DNA of 64,000 nt from a virus (taxonomy: Duplodnaviria > Caudoviricetes), in IMG/VR virus record IMGVR_UViG_3300033463_000010, positions 1 to 64,000 of that record; one strand, 5' to 3'. This document shows positions 18,374 to 28,999 of this stretch, one piece after another (positions within the stretch are counted from its first letter, which is position 1; each line of letters begins with the position of its first letter). The notes beneath the pieces were generated by a model. The model searched no databases. It was not told the origin of the DNA and saw only the letters and a list, made by a program, of their open reading frames with translations. Made by a program: the position numbers and the translations under genes.

Positions 18374-18942
18374 ACGAAAAGAAACGGAATATAAGCACGG
18401 CAGCAGTAAACGCCATATTGACTACCTTGAAAGCCTATGTGGACTCCAAGGACTCTGCATCGGAAACGGAACTTGCTGACTTGGCTAGGGTTGTTGCAGA
18501 AGCATTGAACGACCTTAACGCCCGTATGCAGACGATTGAAAGTGAACAGGGCTTGCCTTTTGGCGATATTGTTGCCGACAGCATCAATACACAGGTGATT
18601 CCTATGGTCGGTGGCAAAGCTATAGTCCTTACGGGAAGTGGTGCCCCGCAGGTAGCCCCCGACTTCGTGGGTCAGTTCTACATTGACACATCAACCCCGA
18701 ATGTCTATTTCGCTACGGCTACGGGAAATGTTAGCGGGTGGAAGAAACCCGTGTATGACGCTAATTACGTTCACACAGACAACAACTTCACTACGGCTTT
18801 GAAGACTAAGTTGGAAAATCTGTATGACAAGACTACATTGGACAGCATTCTTTCGGGGAAGGAACCTGCATTTACCTTGACGTATGACGCTTCCAATCAC
18901 GCATTGGTAAGTTCAAAGACTATAATAGTTCCGACTACTTAA
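18358..18942 (+). CDS. Tail-fibre-associated protein
   Basis: AEALNDLNARM coiled coil; APDFVGQFYIDT; YVHTDNNFTT motifs. Confidence 0.65.
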   Translation: MPKTIDEKKRNISTAAVNAILTTLKAYVDSKDSASETELADLARVVAEALNDLNARMQTIESEQGLPFGDIVADSINTQVIPMVGGKAIVLTGSGAPQVAPDFVGQFYIDTSTPNVYFATATGNVSGWKKPVYDANYVHTDNNFTTALKTKLENLYDKTTLDSILSGKEPAFTLTYDASNHALVSSKTIIVPTT

Positions 18943-18970
18943 TTAGGTCTTCTTTTTAGGGATTTGTGCG

Positions 18971-20791
18971 ATGGCTGAAAATGTTGAAGAATTGGGTTCC
19001 GTAGAAACACCCCAAACTAGGGATGTTGCTAGGGCTAGTAGTCCTGGTAATTTTTCCGTTGAGGACTTGAGGGATGGGTCTAACATATTTACGCTTGTGA
19101 TGAACCAACTTCATACGATTGCGGAGAGTGTGAATGACTTGAACCAACGTCTTTCTGCACTTGAACAGTTGCAGGGTAGATACGGAAACGTAGTTGCGGA
19201 TTCGGTGGACGCACAGTCTGTAAAGGTTGGTGGCGTGGATGTAATGACACAAGGGGGCGACTACGCCCCGAAGAACCACGCATCGTCACAGACCACCTAC
19301 GGGCAGGCTACCACGGGCAATTACGGACACGCCAAGTTGAGCAATGATACCTTGAACGCCAACAGTACGGGGACGGCAGGCGTGGCTTGCTCCACGGGGC
19401 ATAAACATTCGCAGTATGGCTCACAGTTGTCTGTTGCATTAGGGAACCAAGTTTCTTTGAAAAATAGTAATGGGCAGGTATTAAGCACTATAACAGTAGA
19501 AGCTACGGGTGGACTTACTTATAAAGGCTACCTAAATATGGACCCCCAAATTACAAACCCCGATTACCCTATATCTACTCCCGCTGCCGTCCGTGGCGAT
19601 ATGTATATCTGTAATAAATCGGGTGTCGTTAATGATAGGTGGAATGTGCTTCCAGGAACAATTTTTATTTGTAAGGCAGCATCAACACCATTCGCTTATG
19701 ACCCTATTGACGGATTTTATTACTATAACATAGACCACGCAGACGATTGGGATTGCGTTGTCGTTACTGCAAGCCCATCGGGAAATTTTGTGTTAGGTCC
19801 CGCAGTATCAACTCAAAATGCAGTTGCCCTGTTTGACGGTGTAGGCGGTAATCTGTTAAAAGATGGACCCGTGTATGACCCTAATACAGATACATTAGGT
19901 GTAAATTCTAGGACGGCTTCAAAATGGGCTAATCCTATAAGGGTAAATTTACACGATGGTAAAAATCATTGGGGTTATAATGCTTATATAGATGGTAGCG
20001 GTAATGTTGAAATTCAGTTACCTTTAGTTATACAGGCTAATCAATTCATAGGTCCTCTTAATGGAACGGCAACAAAAGCTACATCTGCCGATATAGCTAG
20101 AACACCCGATGCTGTAAATGGCGATAAACTGCAAATAGGTTCGGGAAATTCTGTTAATGTGGTTAATTGCGTGAATGCTAGCAATGCCGTTTACGATGGC
20201 GGTGGTAATAACATAGCAAATACTAGGTCGTTCAAGTATAATGGGTATAGGCAGCAGTGGGCATATTATTATGGAAAACCTGCAAGTTCCATTATAGACG
20301 TTGTTTCTAATTCTTACAAAATTCTTCATTTTACGGATAATTTAGCTACAAGTTACCCTATATCGGGTATTCATTTAATGATGTCAAACGGGACCCCCCG
20401 TGCTTCGGGTAGTTGGCGACAATGTATTGTTACCATAGACCTAGTTATAGTGGCTAAATGTACGACGGGTAACGAATTGTGCTATGTTGAGTTAGTTACT
20501 ACTGATGGAACAAATTATGTTCCGTTTTGTCCACGTAGTTGTATGCGGTTTGTCGTTATAGGTGATGGTGTTAGTCGTCCCTATAACCTTCATTGTAGTT
20601 TTAGTATAAACCTTTTAGAAGATGGTTACTATGATGCGGATATTTCAAGGTATGCTACGGGGGCTGATGATAGACCTTGTTATTTGGCAGCAAGAACGGC
20701 AAGTGGTTCAGTGCGTATAGATTATTATGTTGTGTGGTCACAAGTTATTGGTCAACGATTTGTAGAGAGCAATACCTATCCGTATGAATGA
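18971..20791 (+). CDS. Tail fibre/spike protein
   Basis: APKNHAS..YGQATT.NYGHAKLS repeat; N-terminus paralogous to 18358. Confidence 0.75.
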   Translation: MAENVEELGSVETPQTRDVARASSPGNFSVEDLRDGSNIFTLVMNQLHTIAESVNDLNQRLSALEQLQGRYGNVVADSVDAQSVKVGGVDVMTQGGDYAPKNHASSQTTYGQATTGNYGHAKLSNDTLNANSTGTAGVACSTGHKHSQYGSQLSVALGNQVSLKNSNGQVLSTITVEATGGLTYKGYLNMDPQITNPDYPISTPAAVRGDMYICNKSGVVNDRWNVLPGTIFICKAASTPFAYDPIDGFYYYNIDHADDWDCVVVTASPSGNFVLGPAVSTQNAVALFDGVGGNLLKDGPVYDPNTDTLGVNSRTASKWANPIRVNLHDGKNHWGYNAYIDGSGNVEIQLPLVIQANQFIGPLNGTATKATSADIARTPDAVNGDKLQIGSGNSVNVVNCVNASNAVYDGGGNNIANTRSFKYNGYRQQWAYYYGKPASSIIDVVSNSYKILHFTDNLATSYPISGIHLMMSNGTPRASGSWRQCIVTIDLVIVAKCTTGNELCYVELVTTDGTNYVPFCPRSCMRFVVIGDGVSRPYNLHCSFSINLLEDGYYDADISRYATGADDRPCYLAARTASGSVRIDYYVVWSQVIGQRFVESNTYPYE

Positions 20792-20821
20792 AGTATTTTA
20801 TTTTAATTTTTTCAAAAAGTA

Positions 20822-20850
20822 TTGACAACCATTTGGTAATTAGTTATATT
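20822..20850 (+). promoter_or_regulatory. Phage promoter
   Basis: TTGACA-17-TATATT with GGTAATT in the spacer. Confidence 0.75.
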
Positions 20851-20891
20851 TAGTGTGTCTAGTGAATAGCCTCTTAACCGAGGATATAACA

Positions 20892-21441
20892 ATGCCACAT
20901 ATAATTTTATTACTGCTGCCTTTGCTAGTTGGAATGGTTGCTTGTGATGATTCTATAAATTCTGCAAATTCCGAAGATTCCAAAGAATTTATAAGTTCAT
21001 CTACGACAACCCTGCAAGAACTAAATGGCGGGGATTCCGTGGAATCCATACGGATAGACAGGGGTAGTTTTAGTTCTAGTGATACCTATATAGAATCGTC
21101 TAGTACCTATGTCAATGATAGCGATTTCAAGAAAATCTGTGTAGGCATTCTCAATGAACTTTTAGATTATTCCATATTGTCCGAGGAAAGACCCGAAGAA
21201 TTGTGTGCAGCAGAAAAGAATGCTTTGCAATTCGTGGGTTTTTTTGAATGGCGAGATACATCGCTGTTTTGAGTTGTTGGACCCTTATTGTCTAGGTTCG
21301 CAAGAAAAATCTATGGGTAGTTATAATTGTTGTAGTATTAACCTGGATTATGATAATGATTTCAAGAAACGGCTCTGTAACGCAAAGAAGTTAAAAGGCG
21401 ACATAGGTTTTGTAGATTGCGATTGTTCCTGCGTGGAATAA
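20892..21441 (+). pseudogene. Lipoprotein split by a frameshift at a T7 run
   Basis: Lipobox MVA-C, Ser-rich linker; deleting one T at 21239-21245 fuses it to the Cys-rich ORF ending 21441. Confidence 0.55.
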
Positions 21442-21603
21442 TTATTTCGGTTCTTTCTTATGAGATATTACACAATAGACAAAATTGATTTTGGTGGGGG
21501 TATTAAGGCTATACTGCCAAAGAAAATCCGTGTACGCAGAAGCGATGACTCCACACAGCAATATATGTATGTGTTATATGCCTTGCTGAAACAAATTCCA
21601 AAC

Positions 21604-22945
21604 TTGACATACTCCCACAAAATCTTGTGGGATTCTAGCAAGCACCCGAAATCGGGTGCTTTTTGCTAAAGGTAGATGTCCCTACCTTTTGTAGATTTAG
21701 AGCAGCGTTTAAGTCCCTGTTGTGGTGTGCCCCACATTCGGGGCAGACCCATTCACGGATATTTACGTCTTTCAACGCTGTATTCTTGAAACCACAAGAA
21801 CTGCACAACTGCGAAGAAGCAAAATACTTGTCTGCATACATAACGGTCTTCCCCGTCTTGTGTGCCACGTATTCCAAAATAGACAGAAACGCATTGAACC
21901 CGAAATCGTTTATGGATTTCTTGAAACGTTTGTCCATACTAGCCAAATCAAGGGTTTCAAACACCATTACATCGTAAGTTTTACACAGCCTATGTGCCAA
22001 CTTCCAATGCAGGTCTGCTCTTTGATTTGTTACCTTTTCGTGTAGTTTTTGTAGCGTCCGCAGCGAGCCTCGTTTCCCTTTTGACTTTGAGTATTTACGG
22101 CTCAAGTTCCGCAGGGATTTTAGGTTTTTCTGCAAGAGTTTCGGAATACAGCAATCCGAGCCGTCGGACGATACAAGAAAGCTGTTTAGGCTGAAATCAA
22201 AGCCAACGATTTTACCCGATTTTGCGATGTTTTCTGCCTTGCTTTCCTGTTCAACGACAACGTATATGTAGTAGCCGTTGCTCTTACGTTTTACTGTTAG
22301 AGTCTTTATCTTGCCGTCAAAGTTCCTGCTGTTCCAATAAGCGAACTCTTTTGCACCTATGCGAACTTTATTGTTATCGTGAAACTTATACCCATACTGC
22401 TTCGTTGTAAAGGAATGATATTTGTTAGCCTTTTGAAAATGCGGGGGATTAGTCTTTATACCTTGCTTTAGGTTTGAAAAGAATAATCTATAAGCCCTGT
22501 CAATCCTGTCCGTAATATCCTGTATAGCCTGCGAGGGAACTTTAGCCCATTCGGGGTGATGTTTCTTTAACTTTGTTAAATGGCGGGATAACCCATATTT
22601 ATTCAAAGATTTATGGTATAAAGCATAATACCTCCTATGGAGGGCTATGCAATGATTGTATATACGCCCTGCGACTACAAGTATGTCATCAAGATACTTC
22701 AAAGCATCCCGATTGTATAGCTTATACTTGTATGTCCGCAACTCTATCATAAATAGCAAAATGTCCTCGAAACACTTAAAATTGGCAGTCAGCATTCCGA
22801 GGACATTCTAAAAATCTAACATTGATAGGAGGACTGCCAAGAACTCTTATCAAATAAAAGTTGTATAAACAATATACAAAAACTTTTCCTAGTTGGCAAT
22901 TAGTTCCAACATCCCACGGCTAAATCCGTGGTTTTTTGTTTCAGC
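21604..22945 (-). mobile_element. IS200/IS605-family (IS1341-type, tnpB-only) element
   Basis: Right end hairpin plus TCAA at 21604; left end hairpin ccacgg-ctaaat-ccgtgg near 22914-22931; TTAC at 22946-22949 (minus strand). Confidence 0.7.
21635..22750 (-). CDS. tnpB: TnpB RNA-guided endonuclease
   Basis: TYKYKLY start; RuvC GFDFS/VFETL/RDLNAA; CSSCG..CPECG Zn finger. Confidence 0.92.
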   Translation of the reverse strand: MIELRTYKYKLYNRDALKYLDDILVVAGRIYNHCIALHRRYYALYHKSLNKYGLSRHLTKLKKHHPEWAKVPSQAIQDITDRIDRAYRLFFSNLKQGIKTNPPHFQKANKYHSFTTKQYGYKFHDNNKVRIGAKEFAYWNSRNFDGKIKTLTVKRKSNGYYIYVVVEQESKAENIAKSGKIVGFDFSLNSFLVSSDGSDCCIPKLLQKNLKSLRNLSRKYSKSKGKRGSLRTLQKLHEKVTNQRADLHWKLAHRLCKTYDVMVFETLDLASMDKRFKKSINDFGFNAFLSILEYVAHKTGKTVMYADKYFASSQLCSSCGFKNTALKDVNIREWVCPECGAHHNRDLNAALNLQKVGTSTFSKKHPISGAC

Positions 22946-23101
22946 GTAAGTTATTTATGGTAATACACGGCATATAGTTTGATTTCTGCGTAGATTTTGT
23001 TAAAATTGCCGATAAATCTATCATTTTGTAATAATCCTTGTTGCTGATTTTTAGGCAGTAATTTATATTTTTGACATATAATCATATAAGGAGTGATACT
23101 T

Positions 23102-23392
23102 ATGCTTAAAATAATCCCCCACGAAGCTAAATCCAAAGAAACGGAGCAGCCCCTTAACAATACAGAAGAAACTTGTGGTAAGCCTAACGAGGATGCTTCC
23201 GCAGCGAGTGTGTTTGACACCCGTAAGAAGGACACATTGTCACGTATTGAAACCTTGCATAAGTTGGTTTCTAGTTTTGAACCGCCTACGGAGGACATAA
23301 CTCACGATACTATTAGCGATATGGATTATATCCTAGAATCCCTTGACGATGTTATTAAGGACATAAAAGACGCTACAGGTCTTGAAGAATAG
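23102..23392 (+). CDS. Small acidic protein with shared N-terminal leader
   Basis: MLKIIPHEAKS; AAGGAG RBS. Confidence 0.65.
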   Translation: MLKIIPHEAKSKETEQPLNNTEETCGKPNEDASAASVFDTRKKDTLSRIETLHKLVSSFEPPTEDITHDTISDMDYILESLDDVIKDIKDATGLEE

Positions 23393-23402
23393 GTTTTAAA
23401 GT

Positions 23403-23783
23403 ATGCTTCGTATAAAGATTCACGAACGTCTTAATGAAGAATTAGGACCTGTTGCGGTTGGCGACCAAATATGGGCATCCGAGGATAGTGCTAGTTCCGT
23501 TACGTGGGAAGAAGCCAAGGCTCTTGCAGAAAAAATAGACGGGTGGCGGTTGCCGACTAAAGAAGAATTACTGCATTTGGTAAATTCAAGTGAGATGTCG
23601 TCTATAACAGACAACCACGACGGGTGGTTAAACGGAAGAAGGTATGCTTCTTATTGGAGTTCCACACCCTATGAAGGTATGAATAAGACTATGGCGTATG
23701 GTATGACTATAAGTCATTTTAATAAGCGTGTTCACGCTTTTCTTGCTACGGATAATCTACGGGTTCGCTTGATAAAAGAATAA
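23403..23783 (+). CDS. DUF1566/Lcl-like C-type lectin-fold protein with shared leader
   Basis: TWEEAK..GWRLPTKEEL..YWSST..VRLIK; N-terminus MLRIKIHE. Confidence 0.75.
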   Translation: MLRIKIHERLNEELGPVAVGDQIWASEDSASSVTWEEAKALAEKIDGWRLPTKEELLHLVNSSEMSSITDNHDGWLNGRRYASYWSSTPYEGMNKTMAYGMTISHFNKRVHAFLATDNLRVRLIKE

Positions 23784-23826
23784 CTTGTTTTATGGCTACG
23801 TGTTAGTATAGGGGCGTATTTAACAT

Positions 23827-25395
23827 ATGAATATCTTCGGTCAGTTTACACAGCGGTTTTTGAACACCTTTGCGGATTACACGATGCTCAACCAAATCGG
23901 GCAGCGTGTGACGAACGTTGAAGAACTAATTGCTTCAAATGAACACGACCGCCAGGTTATTCGCCAAATGGCAAATAACGGGTCGTCCCAAATGTATCTG
24001 CTCACGCAACTCTATGAGCAGTTTACCCGCTATCGTGACGACGTGAACAAGTATGAGCCGTTGAAAGCCCATTACCTTGTTATGGCTATGATTGAAACTA
24101 TGTCATACGATATTCTTGCTGTGGACCCCCGCACCAACCTTACGTTTGACATTACGGTGGACGACCGCTACAACAAGTCCAACGTCGCCAACCAAATCGT
24201 GAACACGTTCCGACGTTCCACGCAGTTGGATAAATACATTTCCAAAATCCTTTTTGACGCTATATTCTACGGGCAGTATTTTGTTGAATACATACGTGAC
24301 AAGCAGGGACATATCGTTGGCTTGAAAGACACGTTCCAACCTGGTTCTATCTTTACGATTACCTTGGAAGGTCTTAATGCCACGCCTATGTATTACAAGT
24401 TGTCCGTGGACCAAACCAACCATATTGAAATCCTGGATAACAAGGAAATCGTGTGCTTGGATATGCAGTCGGACCGCTACCGCTATTCCTTGTCTTCAAT
24501 GAACGTGTCCTTGCAGTCCAGGGACGCTGTTATTGCACAGAATGGTAGTCTAGGTCGTCCGTTCTGCTTTGAACTCTATGACAAACTTACAGCCCTTGAA
24601 ATGTTGGAGCAGTTGGACCTTGCGTCAATTAACGCTTCGCTCCAACGTAACTCACTTGTATCTGTGACGGCTCCCGATGGTCTTGACCTTGAGCAGTTGA
24701 AAGAATTTACAGCCTGGTATGAAAAGGCGATTAACAACACGGGTGGTGATACCGTCACGTCTTACAATCTTGACACTATTCGTATGTATGCAGCCGAAGC
24801 CACGAAACTGCGTGTAATCCCGCAGCAAAGTCAGCGTGGGGCTATTGCTGCTTCCCTGGGTGCTGCCGAAAATGCAAGCGTTGAGGGTCTTCCCGACCGC
24901 ATTAACAACCTGCGTAATCTAATCCTGGATATTAAGTCCATTCCTGCCGAATTTATCTTTACGGGTCGTGACGAACAGAAAGTTGGCGGTGCGTTAAGAC
25001 GCTACGCCCGCTATGCCCGTAAGGTCAAGGCGGGACAGGCTGCTTTGCAGGCGTTCCTGGAAAAGATTGTGACCGACCTGCTTAAATCCTATGGGCACGA
25101 CGTTACGGGCAACCTGGTAATTCAGCAGTATTGTGCTATCAATACGTCCGAACTTGACCGCTTGGAATATGCCGACGCTTCTGCTACCGTGATTAGCAAC
25201 GTCTTTAACGTCCTTGATACTATCGTGAACAATGAGAAGATTGCTCCGTATGTAAACATCAAGGCTTACATCGCTTATGTGGAATCGCTGCTTGACGGTC
25301 TTGCGGGTGCTTCGCAGATTATTAACGTTGACAGGAACAACGCAGACGCAAAGTCTAGCAGCGGTAAGAACGCACCGTTGAAACAGAATGGCTAA
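23827..25395 (+). CDS. Portal protein (T4 gp20-like)
   Basis: 522 aa, helical; FYGQYFVE and IPAEF motifs; fits the T4-like head gene set. Confidence 0.65.
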   Translation: MNIFGQFTQRFLNTFADYTMLNQIGQRVTNVEELIASNEHDRQVIRQMANNGSSQMYLLTQLYEQFTRYRDDVNKYEPLKAHYLVMAMIETMSYDILAVDPRTNLTFDITVDDRYNKSNVANQIVNTFRRSTQLDKYISKILFDAIFYGQYFVEYIRDKQGHIVGLKDTFQPGSIFTITLEGLNATPMYYKLSVDQTNHIEILDNKEIVCLDMQSDRYRYSLSSMNVSLQSRDAVIAQNGSLGRPFCFELYDKLTALEMLEQLDLASINASLQRNSLVSVTAPDGLDLEQLKEFTAWYEKAINNTGGDTVTSYNLDTIRMYAAEATKLRVIPQQSQRGAIAASLGAAENASVEGLPDRINNLRNLILDIKSIPAEFIFTGRDEQKVGGALRRYARYARKVKAGQAALQAFLEKIVTDLLKSYGHDVTGNLVIQQYCAINTSELDRLEYADASATVISNVFNVLDTIVNNEKIAPYVNIKAYIAYVESLLDGLAGASQIINVDRNNADAKSSSGKNAPLKQNG

Positions 25396-25957
25396 AAAAG
25401 ACTATATCTACGTTCACGGCAAGCCTATTCACGCAAAGAAACTAGCGGAGGCTTGTGAGTTTAATAAGGGCTGCTCCCGCTACATAACAGCCCGCAAGAA
25501 AGCCCGTGAACGCTCAAGACAGATTCGTGAAAAGAACGGTCCGCAGTCTATGGAATGGGTGCAGTCCGCTCTTTTCCTGTATGCCTGTAAGAAGTATGGA
25601 TTGAGCAAGGACTTGAAGCGGGCGATATGGGCTTACACCACGGCTATGGTCGTGAAGTTGGAAAAGTTTGTAGCCGACTCCGAAAAGATAGCAGAGCGGG
25701 AGGGTATTGCAGACACGTTCCATTGGGTAGCCTTGCAACTTCGGGCTGCTATCCGACACCACACCAAATTGCTAGATATGTTCAAGGACGAAGAAATTGA
25801 AATCCCGCCCTTGACGAAAGAGGGCAGTTGCATAAGTGGCATTACACACCACCCTACGGACAAGGACACCAACGAAGCGATTTCCTACGTCCTGTCGGAT
25901 TTCAAGCAGCAAAATCCCGAAGCCGAACACCTGCTGCCGAAAAAAGACGAAATATAA
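25388..25957 (+). CDS. Hypothetical protein
   Basis: Overlaps the portal stop. Confidence 0.6.
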   Translation: MAKKDYIYVHGKPIHAKKLAEACEFNKGCSRYITARKKARERSRQIREKNGPQSMEWVQSALFLYACKKYGLSKDLKRAIWAYTTAMVVKLEKFVADSEKIAEREGIADTFHWVALQLRAAIRHHTKLLDMFKDEEIEIPPLTKEGSCISGITHHPTDKDTNEAISYVLSDFKQQNPEAEHLLPKKDEI

Positions 25958-26050
25958 TAGATAGGTTATAGCACTATGTATGTTATTGGAAAATGGTAGC
26001 CTCGGAGAACTGTGCCCATAGACGCTGTGGGTAAAGGAATACGTGAGTAT

Positions 26051-27491
26051 GTGAACTATTTAAGCGTAGAATCGCTTAAACGGATTGTTTTCGCATCAAC
26101 GGGTTTGCGTGTGCCCCGCTATCACTAGCAGGCATAGTGGCAACTCCCTCCACGGTGGCTTGTTCCAAGCACACGGCTCTCTTTGACGAGCCAATCATCA
26201 AGACTACACGGGCAGAATGAGTGTCCCTGTCTAGCGTATAACCACACGAACACTTGTAGATTCTATCCGCAAGTGTGGGATGGTTTATACATCCGCAGGC
26301 AGGGCACATCTTTGTGGTAGGCTCCCACTTTGAAATCTTGAAACTGCGACCGCTCACTTCCAATGCGACAAGTCGCTGTTTCAATAACCCAAGACAGGAC
26401 GATTGGACCTGTTTTCCGAATAACCCTTTTTGCCAACCCTTAATCTGCTCGTCTTGAAAGTAGATTACATCATAATCGGTCGTTAATTTGTGGTATATCT
26501 TGTTGGCGAAGTCTTTTCGTTTATTCGCCAATCTTTCATACTCACGCCTTAACTGACGCATACACCTGTAATATCGCCTTGACTTCTTCTCGTTCTTCCT
26601 AACTCCACGTTTGTTCAGTTTGCGTGACAGGAATTTTAGATAGTCAGTTTCTCGCACATTGCACTTGTATTTGTCACCGTATGACGTTGTTATGGAATCC
26701 TTTATGCCGAAATCAAGACCTACATTGCGGTTGGTAGGAATCCTTTTGGATTTCGGAAGCATAACGCTAACCTTGACGTAATAGCCACTAGACTTACGGA
26801 CAAGTTTAGCGTCCGCTATTTCAAACTTTTCAAACTGCTGTAATTGGTTAATCCCGTGAACCCGAAGTTTACGGAATCCTGGAATTGTAATCCTGCACCC
26901 GTCTAGGATTTGTGTGTAGCCCGTAATGATGGGCAGGCAATTAACTTCGGACTTGAAGTGTAACGCCCCGACCTTGATGCCCATTTTCTTGGCTTTTGCA
27001 AGGTTCACAATGTCCGTCCTCTTTTGGGCTACTGTTGCCCTGTGGAGAACGGACGGGAGTGTTATAGGGCTTTCAACAGGGTTCTTTTTCTTGTCGTAGT
27101 GGACTACATTCTTGTGTTCAGTGTATTTATAATCAAACAGGGATGCACCCTCGTTCTTTTGCGAGAGCGATAGCATATCGTTGATTACCCACTTTGCTTC
27201 CTTAAAGCATTGGGCTAACTTCGTGAACACTTCTTTAGGATTATGGCGTATGGAAACCTTGAGTTCAAAGACACGGCAGACCTGGGTCTGCCGTCTAGCC
27301 CTTGTTTCGGAAATGGATTCCCGAATCCTGGCTTTAGTATCTTCGCTTCTTACTGTTTCCATAATTTGACTTAAACGAGCATCTATCAATACCTAACTCA
27401 AATATAAATTATTTCGTGGCATAGAAGAAATTTTTTATTTCTTATATTCGTTTAGGAGGTCTAGCCCATATCTTAAAGAGGGCTAGTTACC
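26051..27491 (-). mobile_element. IS200/IS605-family tnpB-only element
   Basis: Right end tttaagcg..cgcttaaat-agTTCAC at 26051; left end hairpin ctagccc..gggctag 27461-27486. Confidence 0.65.
26076..27389 (-). CDS. tnpB: TnpB RNA-guided endonuclease
   Basis: GLDFG, YFQDE, CPACG..CSCG, RDTHSA. Confidence 0.88.
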   Translation of the reverse strand: MIDARLSQIMETVRSEDTKARIRESISETRARRQTQVCRVFELKVSIRHNPKEVFTKLAQCFKEAKWVINDMLSLSQKNEGASLFDYKYTEHKNVVHYDKKKNPVESPITLPSVLHRATVAQKRTDIVNLAKAKKMGIKVGALHFKSEVNCLPIITGYTQILDGCRITIPGFRKLRVHGINQLQQFEKFEIADAKLVRKSSGYYVKVSVMLPKSKRIPTNRNVGLDFGIKDSITTSYGDKYKCNVRETDYLKFLSRKLNKRGVRKNEKKSRRYYRCMRQLRREYERLANKRKDFANKIYHKLTTDYDVIYFQDEQIKGWQKGLFGKQVQSSCLGLLKQRLVALEVSGRSFKISKWEPTTKMCPACGCINHPTLADRIYKCSCGYTLDRDTHSARVVLMIGSSKRAVCLEQATVEGVATMPASDSGAHANPLMRKQSV

Positions 27492-27618
27492 AATAGTCTA
27501 TTTGTCATTTTATAGATATATAACAGATAATCTATTGCAAATAGCGTGGTATTATGTTATATTTGTAGTGCGACAACCACGTAATTTGACTCTTTTATAA
27601 AGATAAAGGATTTGTAGT

Positions 27619-28002
27619 ATGCCAAGAAATGTTCCGAAGCGGCGTTGGCTAGATACAGAAATCGCCCTTGTGAAGCAGGGTGAAGTCCCCGAAGGACGAA
27701 CCTACTTGCAGGCTGCGTCTTACGCCCACAAGCACAATATCCCCTGGAAAGAACTTCGTAAGAACACTTGCAAGTGGTGGTGGACACCCACAGAAGACCT
27801 TGCATTAAAAGCAGGTAAGGTTGTCCCCAATCGTTCCTGGGAGTCTATCCGACAGCATAAGGAAGCCTTGGGAATACCCCGTTCTGCAAAGCCCCGATTC
27901 TCCGACTTTAAGGCTTTCAACGAAGCGAACAGCAATTCCATTAACATCATCCACAGAAGCAAGCCGAATGCCCAGGAAGAAGAAACGCCCGAATCCGTTT
28001 GA
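27619..28002 (+). CDS. Small protein with two Myb/HTH-like repeats
   Basis: RRWLDTEIALV and WWTPTEDLAL. Confidence 0.5.
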   Translation: MPRNVPKRRWLDTEIALVKQGEVPEGRTYLQAASYAHKHNIPWKELRKNTCKWWWTPTEDLALKAGKVVPNRSWESIRQHKEALGIPRSAKPRFSDFKAFNEANSNSINIIHRSKPNAQEEETPESV

Positions 28003-28336
28003 CGAATTGTGCAAGCGGTTGGACCCACAGGCTAGTTTTGAAGACAACGCAAAACGAATGTATGACCTGTTGGTTAATGGTAAGTTTGATATGCACACCG
28101 CAGCAGAAATCCTTGTGGAAGCGTCCGTTATGCCGAACCTTGCACAAGAGAATCACAAACTTTGTGCAGCCGTAAAGGACCTTATGCGTAAGTTGGACAA
28201 GGCTGACGAGTGCATACGTGGTTTGTCCGAACAGCAAAAGGAAATGGCTATTGCGTCGCAGGAGGGTGTCACTATTGAAGAAGAACGCAGGGCTGTGAAA
28301 TTTTTGAAGTTCCCAAAGGGTCCGAAAGTAAATTGA
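27968..28336 (+). CDS. Hypothetical coiled-coil protein
   Basis: ATG 27968 after AGAAG. Confidence 0.5.
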   Translation: MPRKKKRPNPFDELCKRLDPQASFEDNAKRMYDLLVNGKFDMHTAAEILVEASVMPNLAQENHKLCAAVKDLMRKLDKADECIRGLSEQQKEMAIASQEGVTIEEERRAVKFLKFPKGPKVN

Positions 28337-28373
28337 CGCTATCTAACTATATACCTATTAAGAGGTAATTATT

Positions 28374-28997
28374 ATGGCACGTAAATTTGTCTTTGACATT
28401 GAAACTACTCCCCGTCCTGGAATTATGGACACGTTCTACCCGCAGTGGGCTGAATCCAAATACCCTGGAAAAGAGGGTCAAGCGTTGGAAGATATGGCTG
28501 CACTTCACGCTGAATTTGGTATGATTTGTGCTATCGCCATTGGTAATGCCTTGACAGACGAAGCACCGAAAGTCTATACGGCAGGTAGCGTTGAAGAAGA
28601 AAAGGAACTCATTAAGTCAGTTACCGATATTTTTGATAGCGAAAACGCTGTCCTGGTCGGTCACAACATTAAGGGGTTTGATATTCCTTTTGTTGCGAAG
28701 CGTTTTATGGCACAGGTCGGGTTTGTCCCCCGTGCCCTTAACTTTGGTGGAAAGAAACCCTGGGAAATCCCGCACATTGACACTATGGAGCTTATGCGTT
28801 TCGGTGGCGGTGCGTCTATGTCCCTGCGTTCCGCTTGTTTGATGCTCAATATCGCAGACCCCAAGGGTTCTGTGTGTGGCTCCGAAGTCCCGCAGTTGTT
28901 CCGTGAGGGCAGGACCGCTGAAATCGGTCAGTATTGTGCGGGCGACGTTGTGGCAGAACGTGAACTTTACAGAAAGATTATGAAGGCTTTGTCTTAA
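28374..28997 (+). CDS. 3'-5' exonuclease (DEDD, PolB-type)
   Basis: FDIET, GHNIKGFDIPF, YCAGDV. Confidence 0.9.
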   Translation: MARKFVFDIETTPRPGIMDTFYPQWAESKYPGKEGQALEDMAALHAEFGMICAIAIGNALTDEAPKVYTAGSVEEEKELIKSVTDIFDSENAVLVGHNIKGFDIPFVAKRFMAQVGFVPRALNFGGKKPWEIPHIDTMELMRFGGGASMSLRSACLMLNIADPKGSVCGSEVPQLFREGRTAEIGQYCAGDVVAERELYRKIMKALS

Positions 28998-28999
28998 TT

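Noticed and set aside
23403-23783. CLec-fold DUF1566-like gene as a second DGR target
   Set aside because: Its 3' end shows no nucleotide similarity to the TR
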